From the human T2T-CHM13v2.0 reference genome, Homo sapiens, in assembly GCF_009914755.1 (NCBI RefSeq), contig NC_060933.1: a stretch of 64,000 bases of DNA; one strand, 5' to 3'. The notes under the pieces were generated by a model. That model did no database searches. It was not told the origin of the DNA and was given only the letters and a program-made list of their open reading frames with translations. This document shows, piece after piece, positions 26,119 through 40,899 of the stretch. Both the position numbers and the translations under genes were made by a program. The first letter of the stretch is position 1. Each line of letters starts with the position of its first letter.

Positions 26119-26566
26119 CAGTTGGCCTTGTGTATCCATGGGTTCCACATCCATAGATTAGATCCCCAACTGGGGATCACATCCATAGATTAGATCCCCA
26201 ACTGGGGATCACATCCATAGATTAGATCCCCAACTGGGGATCACATCCATAGATTAGATCCCCAACTGGGGATCACATCCATAGATTAGATCCCCAACTG
26301 GGGATCAAATATACTCAAAAAAAATAATGCCACAACAATAAAAAAATCACACAAATTTTAAAAATACAATATGACTACTAATGTTTACATAGGATTTGCA
26401 CTGTGTTAGGCATTATAAGTTAAAGATGATTTAAAATATATGGGAGAATGTGCACAGGCTATATACAAATACTATACCACTTTATATAAGGGACTTGAGC
26501 ACCTGCAGATTTTAGTACCTGCAGGAGTCCTGGAACCAATTCCCCATGGATACTGAGGGGCAACTA
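26119..26566 (-). mobile_element. MER2 (TcMar-Tigger non-autonomous element)
   Basis: Termini cagttggccttgtgtatccatggg and ccccatggatactgaggggcaacta flanked by TA; internal gggacttgagca...gtcctggaaccaat. Confidence 0.85.
26146..26307. repeat. Minisatellite: 5 identical 32-bp units cacatccatagattagatccccaactggggat
   Basis: Units start at 26146, 26178, 26210, 26242 and 26274; no mismatches. Confidence 0.98.
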
Positions 26567-26931
26567 TATTAAATTATTGCTCTGGGTACATAAAAAAAAT
26601 GCAGCTCGAATTATTATGGGTCATTTCTAGCATGGTAATTTTAAAAATCTAATCAAAAAGAGCCCATTTAATTAACAATGAAAATAATGTTATCCTCAAA
26701 TTTTTCTTTCCTTACCAAAACTTAAGTTATGACTATATCTAAAAGCTACTCTCATTTCAAAGAACCTGCTATTTTATCACAACAATGTTAATGACTTCTA
26801 AAAACTGGTTAATAACAGATTATGTTCAATTTTTTGTTGCCATTCATTATTATTTTTCTAAATTCCTGCATAGTAACCAAAACCTTCAGAATGTGGGATC
26901 AAAAACAAAGAAGACGCCGCGACCATCTCAC

Positions 26932-27071
26932 CTATGGGCCACACTGCCCTCTTGTATCTCTTGAACAAATATTCCCAGCTCTCCTCTGTTTTCACTTCTT
27001 AGTCCCACAACACTAAACCCAAGGCCTCCAGATGGAGGTTTGAGGAGCTCAAAAACTTCTACATGGCGACC
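26932..27071 (-). CDS. MPDZ: MPDZ exon 5, PDZ1 N-half (140 nt)
   Basis: GRHVEVFELLKPPSGGLGFSVVGLRSENRGELGIFVQEIQEGSVAHR with GLGF motif; aaacag| acceptor, TAG|GTGAGA donor. Confidence 0.97.
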
Positions 27072-27110
27072 CTGTTTAGGAAACAAAGCAAGAAATAAAA
27101 CTAAAAGCCA

Positions 27111-27402
<292 letters not shown>

Positions 27403-27734
27403 CTTAAAAGCCAATTACTGCAGTAACAGTCATCTTATCAGAATCATTTCTTTGTTAAAAAAAAAAGAAATTGAATAACATTTTTCCAAGGTAATTGTTA
27501 GCACTTTATCCTGAAGAATATTTCTATAATACAACATATAATACTCAAATTTAAATGATGATAAAACTGTAATAGAAAACGTCTGAACCATCTAAACTCC
27601 CACAAAACTGACTTTTTGTTCCAATGTTTTCAGATGTTATAAATGTCACTATATTCTTCAAATTATCCATAACTTGATCACATTCTTAAATTACTACAGG
27701 TATTACAATAACTAACAGAAAGAAATGTTCTTAC

Positions 27735-27944
27735 CTGGGCCATATTTTTGATAAGCTGATCAAATTCATCACAAGCAGGTTTCCCATTAATGTGTGGAAT
27801 ACCAGGTCCTGTAAGTGCTTCCAGATTCCCATTGTTTGGGGATAATAAAAACGATTCATTTTGCAGAGTAGGAATCACAGCTGGGCTGAGATGAGGAACG
27901 TGGGCATATTCAATATTTGAAGTTGCTGAAGTTGCAATATTTAC
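27735..27944 (-). CDS. MPDZ: MPDZ exon 4, L27-PDZ1 linker (210 nt)
   Basis: VNIATSATSNIEYAHVPHLSPAVIPTLQNESF...DEFDQLIKNMAQ; ctcttag| acceptor, CAG|GTAAGA donor. Confidence 0.97.
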
Positions 27945-28254
27945 CTAAGAGTAATGCAGGGATTATTAAGAATTTTGACATTCCATAAACTATTTCATAG
28001 AAAATATCCCAAGGGTACAAGGACATACAAATGAAATTTCAAAATGTCCAAATCCTTTAATCCAGCAATTCTATTTTGGGAAATTTATTTCAAGGATGAA
28101 CATTAGGATAATACACAAAGATGTGTGTGCATCACTAAATGTTCAATGCAGCACCATTTATTAGATGGGAAAATTCAAAAACTACCGCCAGGGTTCAACT
28201 TCAGGGTACTCATTAAAACACACCCATAAATATATACATCCACACATATATTTT

Positions 28255-29570
28255 TCTGTCCCCAGATCCTATGAAGTAACCTCTAAACTCTCAGAATTTC
28301 CCCTCTCAGAATTTCCTGAGTGATGAGGTATCTTTCTTCTTCATGGTGGGCCCCAAGGCCACATGATATAAGCCCAAACTCGGAGCTGAATTTTAATCAT
28401 ATAGGCAGGGCAATCAATCACACCTATGAAATAACACGCCAATAAAAAATGCTGAACACCAAGATCAGGTAATCTTCCTGGGTTTGCAACACAGTCAAAC
28501 ACAGCTATACATGTGTTTGTGCTTTAAGCTAAGTGCTATTATGAGAGTCAAAAGTTTAAAAAAAAATTAAGACTTTATAAAGGAAAAAAAAGTTACAGTA
28601 AGCTAAGGTTAATTTATTATTGAAGGAAGTTTTTGTAAATTTACTATAGCCTAGGTGTACAGTATTTATAACTTATGTATAAACTCTATGCATAAGAGTT
28701 TTTTACCTGTCCTTAAAAATAAAACAGAAAACTCATTGTTACCAAAGTTACCAATAACTCAACCATTATATTGGCTATCTAGTAGCATACAGTATATTGA
28801 CTATCTAGTAGTGTACAGTAATGTCGTAGGCCTTCACATGCACTCACCACTCACTCACTGATTCACCTACAGTAACTTCCAGTCCTGCAGGCTCCATTCA
28901 TGGTACGTGTCTCCTATACAGGTGTACCATTTTTTACCTTTTAACCACATTTTTACTGTACCTTTTCTATATTTAGAAACACAGACAATTACCATTGTGC
29001 TACAACTGCATACAGTACTCCATATAGTAACATGCTGTACAGGTTGGTAGACTAGGAGCAATACCAAATAGCCTAGCTGTGTGGTAGGCTATATCACCAA
29101 GGTTTGGGTAAGTATACCCTACGATGTTTGCACAAGGATGAAATCACCTAATGACACATGGCTGTACTCTATACATATTGTCACACATCGATTCTGGGAG
29201 AGTTATACTTTCCCAGCAAAATGGAAGCTTCCAGTTTGGAATCCTCCCATAATCTGCACTACGCATCTCTTCCTTTGGCTGACTCTTGACTGCATCCTTT
29301 CCCTACCATAGATCATAACCATGAGTTTAACAGATTTCAGAGACTCTCTAAGACCTTCTAGTGAATTATGAAACCTCAAGGTGGCTAGGGGAACCTCGCA
29401 AATTTGCAGCTGACATCATAAGTGAGGGTGGTTTTGTGTATCCTTATACCTTTAACTTTGTAGCTGGACCCTAACTCGCCACAGTTGGTATCAGAAGTGT
29501 GGGGCAGCACTGGCAGTCTGGAGGACTGTGCCCTCAAATCGTGCTGTCTGGCTAACTCCAAGTACAATGA
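28255..29570 (+). mobile_element. MER21-like LTR interrupted by a Tigger3 (Golem) fragment at about 28510-29160
   Basis: LTR motifs taaccatgagtttaacag...ccttctagtgaattatgaaacct...ggtatcagaagtg; Tigger3 motifs aaagttacagtaagctaaggttaatttattattga and cactcaccactcactcactga. Confidence 0.7.
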
Positions 29571-32479
29571 CACACGTAACAACAACGGAAAAGATCATCC
29601 CACTTTGGGAAATGATTCTATAATTATTTGTGTGTGCCTTTTAAAAGAGTTTGAAGTTAAATCTAAATAATAATAAAGCAATGCAGTCAATCCTAATTTC
29701 ATATTTATGTTGGGTGCCTGGATTGTGACTTTTTATCTATAACTACTTATCAGAAAGCTTACTTCATTGATGTTTTTGAGTCACTCTCTGACCTCATCTC
29801 CTAGCAGTCTGTCCCTCACCCACTTAGCCCTAGCTGTGCTCCCCTCCTCACTGTGCCTCAAAGTGCCAAGCTGTTCACTCTACCAAACAGGTATATTCTT
29901 CCCCAAATATCCACATGCTTCCTTATTTCATTCAGGTGTGCCTAATCTCACCACAGAAAAGTCCTCCTTCGCATTCCTATCTAAGACAGCACCATTATAC
30001 TCCACGAACTTACTGTGCCCTGTTTTAATTCATGGCACTCATTACCACCTGATCCACACCCTGCTGTCATGAAGCTTTCATCCCAGTCAGTGGAGACCGA
30101 CTAGAATGCAAAAACTCTCCAGTGGAAATTTTTGACTATTTTATTTTTACTATGCCCTCGTTCTCTAGAAGAATGCCTTATACAGAGTTGTTCAACATAC
30201 ATTGGCAGAAAAAAAATGTTTATCTATTTTTTAAGGATCTAACTCTGATCCAATCTCCTGAACAACCTTTCAAGTATCATCTCAATGCTAAGGATGATGA
30301 AATTACGTAAAGTCACACAGCTAAGTTGTTTGTGACCTAGATTTTTTTTCATCACGGTGTTCCTATCATCCTTGTATTATACAGAAAACATACAGTCCTT
30401 GTATTATCCACAAAACATTTGAGACATCATTTAAAATAAAACATTAGGTAAAGAACATCCACTGACAGAAGCTATCAAAATATTTCACAATATGTCACCA
30501 AAATCTATACATAAGAGTTTGTTACCTATCCTTAAAAATAAAACAGAAAACTCATTAAGTTACCAAAGTTACCAATAACTTAACCATTATATTAGCTTTC
30601 TACAATCACAGATGAAAAAGAGATCAATGTGTTGAGAAGAGACTTTTGGGAATCCTTTTAAATGTTTATTTTAAAATCTATAGCAGGCATGATCAATTAT
30701 TATTTTTTCAAAAGTAAGCTTCTTATGCCAAGATTGATTTTTTTTTTATCCTGAGCCATGGCAACTTCAATAAAGTTTGCCAGCAGAAGACACGCAGCTC
30801 AGGTTGAAGCAGATGGCATAATGAAATTTGTGACAGCCTGAGGATCCCACACACCAAGACCTAATGGCTATGGTATGTTTGCATAGGAAAAAATATTTGG
30901 ACTTATGCTATGGTAAGCCAGAATGAACAAATCGCATCCCGAGAATAGAGAGTCTGTCTGTAAGAGATTCATGGTAAAAGAGAAGCTCTGATATTATGAA
31001 AGAGTAGGTATACAGGCATTCTAAGAGTAAAGTGAGTGAGAGCAGAACAAGTAAAATATTACAAAATGAGAACTGTATAAAAGTATTTAATATCAATTGT
31101 CATTTCCTAATTTGTTAAAGGTTTGAGGAAGGTCAATGACTCCTCCTGCTTCATCCCTGACCTTGAGGTCTACATAAATGTAAAAGCAGAGGTTATAGAG
31201 ATCACATATTTAAAAACTATTATTTAATTATACCACCATACAAAAGTCTTATTTATAAATTGGCAAATTTATACTCATAAGAAAAAGCAGAAAGGCACCT
31301 TTGATTATGCTGTAATTGTTTATTAAAATGGCTTTCTGAACTATAATCTCTTTGAGGAATACGAGTGTATCTTATTTGCCTTGATAGGTCTGTTCATAGC
31401 AGTCATGCCACAAATGTTTAATGAAAAGATCTTGATTCTCATCCTTGGTTTATAGAATATAAAATAAACAAAAGAAAACATAAATATCTGGCAATTTTTA
31501 TATACAGATAAACATTCTGTATAATTTATGGAAGTTGTTAGTAAATGAGCAAGAGTCACCAAATAATTATCTGTTTTCTGTTTAAGTTCTGGCTGAACAT
31601 TTCAGTCTAAAGGGGGCTTTTATGTATTTAGCAAATAAACATATATTAATTTATGGATTTTAATTAGTGCTATTACCTAAAACATAACCTAAATATTATA
31701 CAACTTATTCGATTTAAAAGTTTGCAAATTCTATGTGAAAGGGCAAACTAAAACACCTTCTAAGTATTTAAAAGTACAGGAAAAGTCCTCTTATAAGATG
31801 CAGTCAGAACCAGTATTGATTCACATACTACAAAAGGTCAAGTAAAGCAGAAAAAATAACAAAGAAAAAATATGTACCTTATTTTAACTTAAAACACATG
31901 TATATTCATTTGTATATAGGATTTCTTCATACATGCAATTTGTTCAATCTTGCTTACCATAGCATAAGCCCAAATACTTTTTACTATGCCAACATACCAT
32001 AGCCATTAGCCATTGGTGTGCGGGATCCTCAGCCTGTAACAAATTTCATAATCATAAACATCTTTTATCATAAATATGTTTTACAGTTTGACCTAACATA
32101 ACTAACAATTTCACCAATAATTGTTTTATCAATTCACCTATATAGTTTATCAAAATATTTTCATAGAAAAACTTGTCATAAATTTGTATATTATATAATA
32201 AAGTTGTGCAATTATAAAATAAATACAACTGGTACAAATAGCTTTAAAAATGACTTTTTGAGAAATGCACATTTAGCTGGTACAAGCTAGCGAAGGACAC
32301 AAACTAGAGCATCTCTGAATAGACAACTGTTTAGTGCCCTGGGTATCATTCAATATGCCTTCCAGAAGAAATGGACAGTATCTTCTTAGGAAGTTCCTCA
32401 TTTGCAGGTGTGCTAGGAGAGCTGTTTCTAGAGTAGCATCCAAGAAAACATAATTTATCTTTAGTTCTATATACAATGA

Positions 32480-35400
32480 AGGTCACTCTGTGTGAATAAC
32501 TGTATCAGAGTAACCTTTCCACTGAGAACAATTAAAAATGTGTATAAAAGCTGTTAAAAACAAATAAATAAACCACTTTAAAGGTATCAAAAAGAAACCA
32601 ACTCTTCTGCCATACTCTGTTGATGCAAAGAAGGCAGTATCCAGCCCACATTAAACAGGGGAATATACAGAAGCATGAATATCAGAAGGCAAGAAATACT
32701 GGCCATCTTAGAGGCTGACTAGAATGGCATATCATAGCAAAACAGCTAAAAGCCAAGACAGAAAGAAAATCTTAAAAACCACTAGAGCAAAAAGGTATCT
32801 AATCTTCAAAGCACAATAAGACCAACAGCTGACTTCTCAAGAAAAACAATAAAGGTCAGATGTTAACAAGATGATTTAAAAAAAAAAAAAGATAAAAATA
32901 CCTGACAACCTAGATTTTTCATGCCACACACCACACTTACACACACACACACACACACACACACACCCCCATCCACCCCACACACAATTACCTTAGATTT
33001 GTATAAAAGAAATACCAGAGTAAAATCTTGGGCAGAAAAAAAATTAAATCTCAGAAGATCCCTATGCAGAAAGTATTATAGTACAAAAAGGAGTTTAAAA
33101 ATGTAAATCAGTAGGAATTCCTTAAACCAGTAAATAATTTAAATTTGTAGAGCTTTAAATATATATGTAATTAAAGTACATACAGTTGCACAAAAGGTAG
33201 GAGTAGGGTAAATAAAGTTGAAGTGTTTTAAGTTCCTTGCATTTTTTGGAAAGTGGTAAAAGTACTAATTAAAGTAGAATCAAATAAGTCAAGGATACAT
33301 ATATCTGACATATGACTCATATCTAGAATATATAAAGAAAACTCAAAATTCAATAGTAAAAAAAATCCAACTAGAAAATGGGCAGAAAAAAACAGACAGA
33401 CATTTCATGAAAGAGGATATATGGCTGGCAAATAAGTACATAAAAGAAATTTAGCATCATTAGCCATTAAAGAAATGCAAACTAAAATCAAAAAGAAATA
33501 TCACTGCGTACCTATCAGAATGGTGAGGATGTAGAGAAGCTGGATTGCTCAGACATTGCTGGTGGAAATGTAAAATGGTACACCCCACTGAAAAATAGTT
33601 TCGCAGTTTCTAAAAACAACTAGATACGCATTTACCATACAATCTAGCAATTGCACTCCTGGATATTTATTGTACAGAAATAAAAACCTAGGTCCACACA
33701 AAATCCATACACAATCGCTCACAGCAGCTTATATATAATAGTGAAAAATTGGAAACAAAATACCCCTCAGTAGGTAAATCCAATAAGAAATACTACTGAA
33801 AAATAAAAGAAGAAAAATATTAATATATGCAACTTCAAGATATCAAGGGCATTATGCTGCATGAAGACAAGCCAATTTCTAAAGGTCACATACATTATGA
33901 TTTTATTTTTATAACATTCTTGAAACGACAAAATTATAGAGATGGAAAATGAATTAAAGGTTGCCAGGGGTTACAAATGTAAGAAAGTGGTTAAATATGA
34001 CTATAAAAGAATAGAATAAGGGAGATATTTGTGGTGATAAAATAGATCTGATCTTGATTGTGGGGATAGCTAGGTTAATCTATATAAGTAAAAACAAACA
34101 AACAAAACAGAGGGAGAGGAGGGAAACGGGAGGGAGGAATTTAAAACAAATTTTTAACTGAATGATAATGAAGATACGACATACTGCATATACTGCAAAC
34201 TACATCCAGAAATGTTGGATATGCAGCTAAATAAATGCTTAGAAACTTAGACTTAGATGTAAGAGGGAAAAAAAGGAAAGACAAAATGTCAATGAGCTAA
34301 GCATCCGAATCAAAAAGCTAAAATAAAACAGAAAACCAAATCAGAAAAGGAAGAAAATAACATATATTGCAGCAAAAATCAACAAAACAGGAAAATGATA
34401 CAATAAAGAAATTCAAAAAAGTCAAAAAGTTGATCTTTGAGACAAAGATGAGAGTAATAAAACTGATAAACCTCTAACAATACTGATTAATATAGCAAAC
34501 ATAAATTTCCAGCATTGGGAATAAAAAAAAGGAACATAATTAGACTCTACAGGCATGCAATAACCATATGCAAAAAAATGGGGAAAAAAATACATGAAAT
34601 GAACAAATTCCTTGGTAACACATTTATCAAAATATCAATAGTTTGGCCAGGTGCAGTGGCTCACACCTGTAATCCCAGCACTTTGGGAGGCCGAGGTGGG
34701 TGGACTACTTGAGGCCAGGAGTTCGAGACCAGCCTGGCCAACATGGCAAAAACCCATCTCTAATAAAAATACAAAAAATTAGCTGAGCATGGTTGTACGC
34801 ACCCATAATCTCAGCTACTTGGGAGGTTGAAGCACGAGAATCACTTGAACCTGGGAGGTGGAGGTTGCAGTGAGCCACTGTACTCCAGCCTGGGTGACAA
34901 AGAGCAACTCTATTTAAAAAAATAATAATAATAGTAATTTTATATCTATCAATGAAATTGCATGCACTATTAAAAATCCCCCCTCCCCGCAAAAACAAAA
35001 CAAGAACAGGTTTAGAGAGTTTCACTGGTAAATTCTTCCCATTTTTTTTTTCTGAATTAACATCAATTTTTTGTGACAAAAAAAAGGCTGAATTGTTCTC
35101 TACTTTTTGTTTGAGGCCAACATAACCTCAATTGCCAACTCTAACAAGGATTATACTAGACAGAAAAGCTATAGATCATAAACATAAATAGAAAAATACT
35201 AAATGAGAATGTTAACAACTCAATTCAAAGATACTTAAAGAGGAAAATGATTATGACCAAGTTGGGCATTCCAGAAATGTAAGGTTGAATTAACACTTGA
35301 AAATCGTTTAGTCTAATTCACAAAATGAACAGAATACAGGAGAAAAACAGGATCAGTTCAAAAGATGGGAGAAAAAAAATAATGGATAAAATCCATGCTA

Positions 35401-37020
35401 TTACCACTTCTATTCAATATTAGACCCAAGGTTTTAGGTAATACAATAAGGCAAGGAAAATAAATTAAAAGTATAAAGACTAGAATTGAAGAAACAAAAA
35501 CTGTAATTATTTGCAGACCACATAATTGTGTGTACTGAATATCCAAATGAATCCACAAATAAACCATTAGCTGTAATAAGTGAACTTAGTAAGTTGGTGG
35601 ATGTAAAATCAATACCAAAAAATAAACTGTATTTCCCAGCAAAACAATTAGAAACTAAAATGTTTTCTAAAAATCTGTTCAAGATATGATTAAATTTGTT
35701 TAATTGGAACACAACATAGGGTTTAGAAACAGACCCACACATATATGACCCCGTGATTTACAACAATAGTGACAATGCAAGGGAGAAAGGATGATCTCTT
35801 CAATAAATGGTTCTGGGTCAAATGGATATTCAAACGGAAAATTATTTATAAACATACACATGCACATAAATACTTTATTTCTACCTCACACCACATTCAA
35901 AATTTAAAAGGTAAAACTTTAATAAAGCTTCTGAGAGAAAATCTCTGTATTTTAGAAGTAGCCACAGGTTTCTTATATAGGGCAAAAAAGAAAAAAAAAG
36001 CAATACCCACAAAGAAAAAAATTTATTTTTAAAATTTAAAATTTGTTTTTAAAATAAAAACAACTTCTGGTCATTAAAAGATACAATTAAAGGAGTGAAA
36101 ATGCAAAACACAAAGGAGAAAATGGTTACAATACAAATATCCAGCAAAGAAGTTGTATTCAGGAAATATAAAGAACTCTTGTAAATCAGTAAGAAAAAGA
36201 CTGAAAAATCAATAGAAAAATGGGTGGAAAAAAAAAAAAAAAAACCAGGAACTTCCCAAAAGAAGATATCCAAATGACCAATCCCATATGGAAAGGTGCT
36301 CAGCATCATTACTCATCAGGAAAATGCAAATTAAAACAATAAAATGATACTATAACATATCCCCCAGAGTCATTAAAATTGGAGAAAATAAATTTAAAGT
36401 GGGTAGTACTAAGTGTGAGCATTGATGTGGAGCCACAAGAACTTTCATACACTAAATATCGTGAGAGAGTTGGACTTATAATCGCTTTGGAAAACAGTTT
36501 GGCAGAATCCACGAAAGCTGAATATATACCTTAGGACCCAGAAATATCACTCTTAAGTGAACATCCAAGAGAAATACACACTTATGAATATTAAAACATA
36601 GGTAGTAGGAAGTTTACAGCAGATTTATTTATAACAGCCAAAAGCTGCAATCAACAGAAGAGTGGACAAGTATATTCTAGAATATTCAAACAGAAAATGA
36701 AAAAGAACTACTACTACACATACAATACAAATGAATCTCACAGACACAAAGACAAGACAAAGAAGTCAGGCACAAAGCATATATGCTCAGACTGTATTTA
36801 CATAAAATTCAAATAGTAATACTTATCTCCGAGATAAAGTCAAAATAGTGATTCCTAAAGGGGAGGATTAGGACTGACTGAAAGGTGAAACAAATTATGA
36901 GTGCTGATCATTTTCCATATCTTGATTTCGGTGAGGGTTACATGTATATTTAATTTGTTAAAAAAATCCTTGGGCACACTTTTTCCCTTTAATGTATGTT
37001 ATTTCTCAATTTTTCAAAGT
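32480..37020 (+). mobile_element. Cluster of ancient L1M (MC/ME-type) fragments
   Basis: A-rich degenerate ORF2/3'UTR pieces (ttatttgcagaccacataattg, cttcaataaatggttctggg, aaatgcaaattaaaacaa). Confidence 0.72.
34645..34932 (+). mobile_element. AluS
   Basis: Dimeric Alu consensus. Confidence 0.92.
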
Positions 37021-39534
37021 TTGCAAAATAAGACATATAATCAAAGCAAAAACTCTGGGGCATTCCAGTGAATGATGTAAAAACACGCCTCTTAAAGAAG
37101 GCAAGTAGTAGCGACAGCCTGTATACATAAAGCTACACCTTGTCTATCCGCAACTATGAATTTAAAGTTCATTCACCAGACATTCACCTTAAAATGAATG
37201 CAGAGCACAGGAACTAAATAACTGAAGACAAAGTTGGTCTACCACTGTGATGTGTGGCCCTCCACAGGGTTGATGTGGATTCAACTGGCTAATTCCCATT
37301 CCCAGAAGGAGTCCTTTAACAAGTGCTCAGGTAAAGATGAATCCTCAACAAACATATTTTAATCTCTGTAATACATTTAGATTTGTCTTCCCCAAATATT
37401 ATAAATTTTTAAAACTTTTAATCATTTTATTGCATACCAAATTCTTTTTTGGAAATAATAATTATGCCATACTTTCACACTATTTTGATATATGCTGGTA
37501 CAAGGCTAATGTAATTATGAGATTTCAAGATTATAAATTACTTATACTTCTTTTCAATAATAACATTTATAATATTTTGACCATATAACAATATGATAAT
37601 GCACTCAATTTTAACCCAATAGAATATTTTCAAATACATATATTCATTTAACTAAATGTGCTATAAAGCATTAAAATATCACTTCTTATATTTCATCTAT
37701 TCCTTCTGAGTTGTTAAGTGAAAAGGAAGTTAATATTAATAGCTTTGTTTTAGTGGTTACCATCAATTTTTGCATAAGTATTTCTGTAATTACCTACAAA
37801 AATGACTGCTTAGGATCAAACTTTATTTCATAAAGCATTTTTTGGTAGATTATCAAAATCTGTTTTATGATTCTGTTATTTTGACTTATTCTCAATACAC
37901 AGTATAGCAGTAAGAATAAAATGACCAAAATACTTATGTTTGATGGATATTATATCATTTAAAAGCTAAAATATATGTTATCTTAAATTAGGTTAGTAAG
38001 AAAAAATGACTACTGCTTTTGCAACCCTAGTTTTGGTAAACTGTTTAAACTGACATACATTGCTAGTTCAGTTTCCCATATTTTTTGTTTATTTGCTACA
38101 CCTTATTGTAATGAGAAACAAGAAATAAGCCATTCTTCAGGGAATTTGCTGTAACAGACGCACCTCTTAGAAATGCAGAATTTTTTTTTTAATCATGCAC
38201 CTTGTATTTTCTTCTTGCAGGACAAAAACATGTGCTTTTTTTCTTGTGAATTTACCAAAAATGCTGTAAAACACTCTCTGGAAATGATCCCAACTATGAA
38301 ATGCAAAGATAGGATGCTGAGAGCATTCAATGAAATACAGCACCAAACATGATAGCAATCACAAGAAAAATTTTTTATACATGATAGGACTCCATTGCAA
38401 GTTTGGAACCTAGAGAGGCCTCCTTTTTCATAAATCTTTCAGTGAAATACTGATTAAAGCACAGCTCTGATGCATTATTGAACAGGCAAACCCTTGCACA
38501 GTAATTGATGGTGGCACTCTGATTTAATGACCCTTATTTTTAAAGCTAATTAAAGAAATTGAACTGCATGTTCAAAGGGAATTAGCTTAATGTGACGAAA
38601 CTATTTTGGACATAAGGTAGCTCCTAGCTCCTGAACTAAATGAGACACATAATGGAGCAATAAGTTATAAGAAGGGAAAACAATATTTTCAAATAGAACA
38701 AGCACAATTTTACATTTTCTATGAGACCTTCCTTTCATTCATTCAAGTATTTATTGAGCATCTAAAATGTCTTAAACATCACTAGGTGATAGGGATAGTA
38801 ATTAAAGTGACAAAATGCTTTCCATAATCACTAATGTGTTAAATATCCTATAAAATTATTCTACTAGGCTTAGTTCACTCAGATACTGAGATAAGATACC
38901 TTTCTGTTCACAGCCATGAATTCTCAAATACCAAAACATAGTGATTGAGAACACACATTATACTTTGCAGATATTTTTAAGTAGCCTTTGACTATCATTT
39001 GCTGATAAATTTAAAAGATAAGGGTATTCAATTTAGAAAATAAGTCCTTAACCCAAGAATGCTGATGGAGTCATTTTAAGTAATCAAAATGTAAATTTTC
39101 TGCACCTGCCCCTATATAGGTACAAAGCATATTTGTCTTAAAATTCCCTTGTGCTAAAAAAGTTAAACTGTGAACTATAAAATTAAAGACAGAAAGCAAA
39201 GAACACTTAAAAACTAAACAAGGAAATAAAGAGTATGTAAGACTCTGACTTTTCCCTTTTTATATTTGGGAAGGTGTACCTGGATGATCAATAACCTACC
39301 CAGTGTAACACTGATTGTTATAACCTGTTAAATGACAAAATCAAATACAAAGCTATAGACTTTAGCTTTTATACAATGCTGTCGACTTAAGTGGATGAAT
39401 GAGGAGTTAACAGATTATTTTAATATTTTAGTTTTTATTCAAACCTGTAAAGATCTTATTCATTCTTAAAACTACGTAATAAGAGATTTTTATTAAAATC
39501 AATCCACAAGGCATACTGCACTAAATGCTGGGTT

Positions 39535-39553
39535 TTGTGTGTGTGTGTTTCTG

Positions 39554-39600
<47 letters not shown>

Positions 39601-39603
39601 ATA

Positions 39604-39657
<54 letters not shown>
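39535..39657. repeat. Compound (GT)n/(AT)n microsatellite derived from an Alu tail
   Basis: Seen directly; abuts the poly-T of the Alu. Confidence 0.95.
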
Positions 39658-39977
<320 letters not shown>

Positions 39978-40541
39978 TAAACTCGTTTTCTTCTTCTTTA
40001 AGAAGGCCTAAATGACACTAAAACCTTTGGGAATATACTTAGGTAAAAAAATTAAAACTCCCACTTCCCCAAATTTCATAAAATATTTATGAACACTCGA
40101 ATAAAGATTGGAAAATAACTTGAAGTTAAAACATAGTTTTGTTTTAAAGTCTTTTCATTATTGTTATCAAAAAATTGTTTACCTTCTTTTTTAAAAACTT
40201 CGCTCCTACAATGAAGTAGAACATACCAGGATGTTTTACCTCTCCCCTGAGTTTCCACCGAGATCCTAATTTCAAAAATAATGGGTTATTTTTTCAAATA
40301 CGTTTGATCTTTTTTAATAGTATCTTTATTTCTTATTATTGTTACTGGGTGGATAGAATTGTCCAAGATACGCTGAAAAAAAGACTACAAATTGCTTTCA
40401 GCGCCTATCATAAAGAGCAATATTCTATTTCTCCATCCTTTAAATTACAAATTCTTGATACAGTAAAACTTGTTAATTTTATTAAATCTTGACCCTCAAG
40501 AACATGTGTTTTTCATATTCCATGTTTCAAAATGGTAAGCA

Positions 40542-40842
40542 GGCCAGGAGCGGTGGTTCACGCCTGTAATCCCAGCACTTTGGGAGGCTGAGGTGGGCAG
40601 ATTGCTTGAGTCCAGGAGTTCGAGACCCGCCTGAGCAGCATGGCAAAAGCCCGTCTCTACAAAAAAAAAAATTGCCTGGCTAGTGGCACACACCTGTGGT
40701 CCCAGCTACTCAGAGGCTGAGGTTGGAGGGTCACGGGAGCCCAAGAGGTCGAGGCTGCAGTGAGCCATGAGCATGCCACTGCACTCCAGCCCAGTCTACG
40801 TGACAGAGCAAGACACTGTCTCAAAAAAAAAAAAAAAAAAAA
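40542..40842 (+). mobile_element. AluJ
   Basis: Dimer with A tail; TSD aaaatggtaag. Confidence 0.92.
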
Positions 40843-40899
40843 AGGTAAAATGGTAAGTACAAAGTGTTTATGCTGCATAATAAATTCAATGATTGTCTC

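Noticed and set aside
26146-26307. CRISPR-like array of palindromic repeats
   Set aside because: The intervening sequences are identical rather than unique spacers, there are no cas genes, and it lies in a primate intronic MER2. It is a minisatellite.
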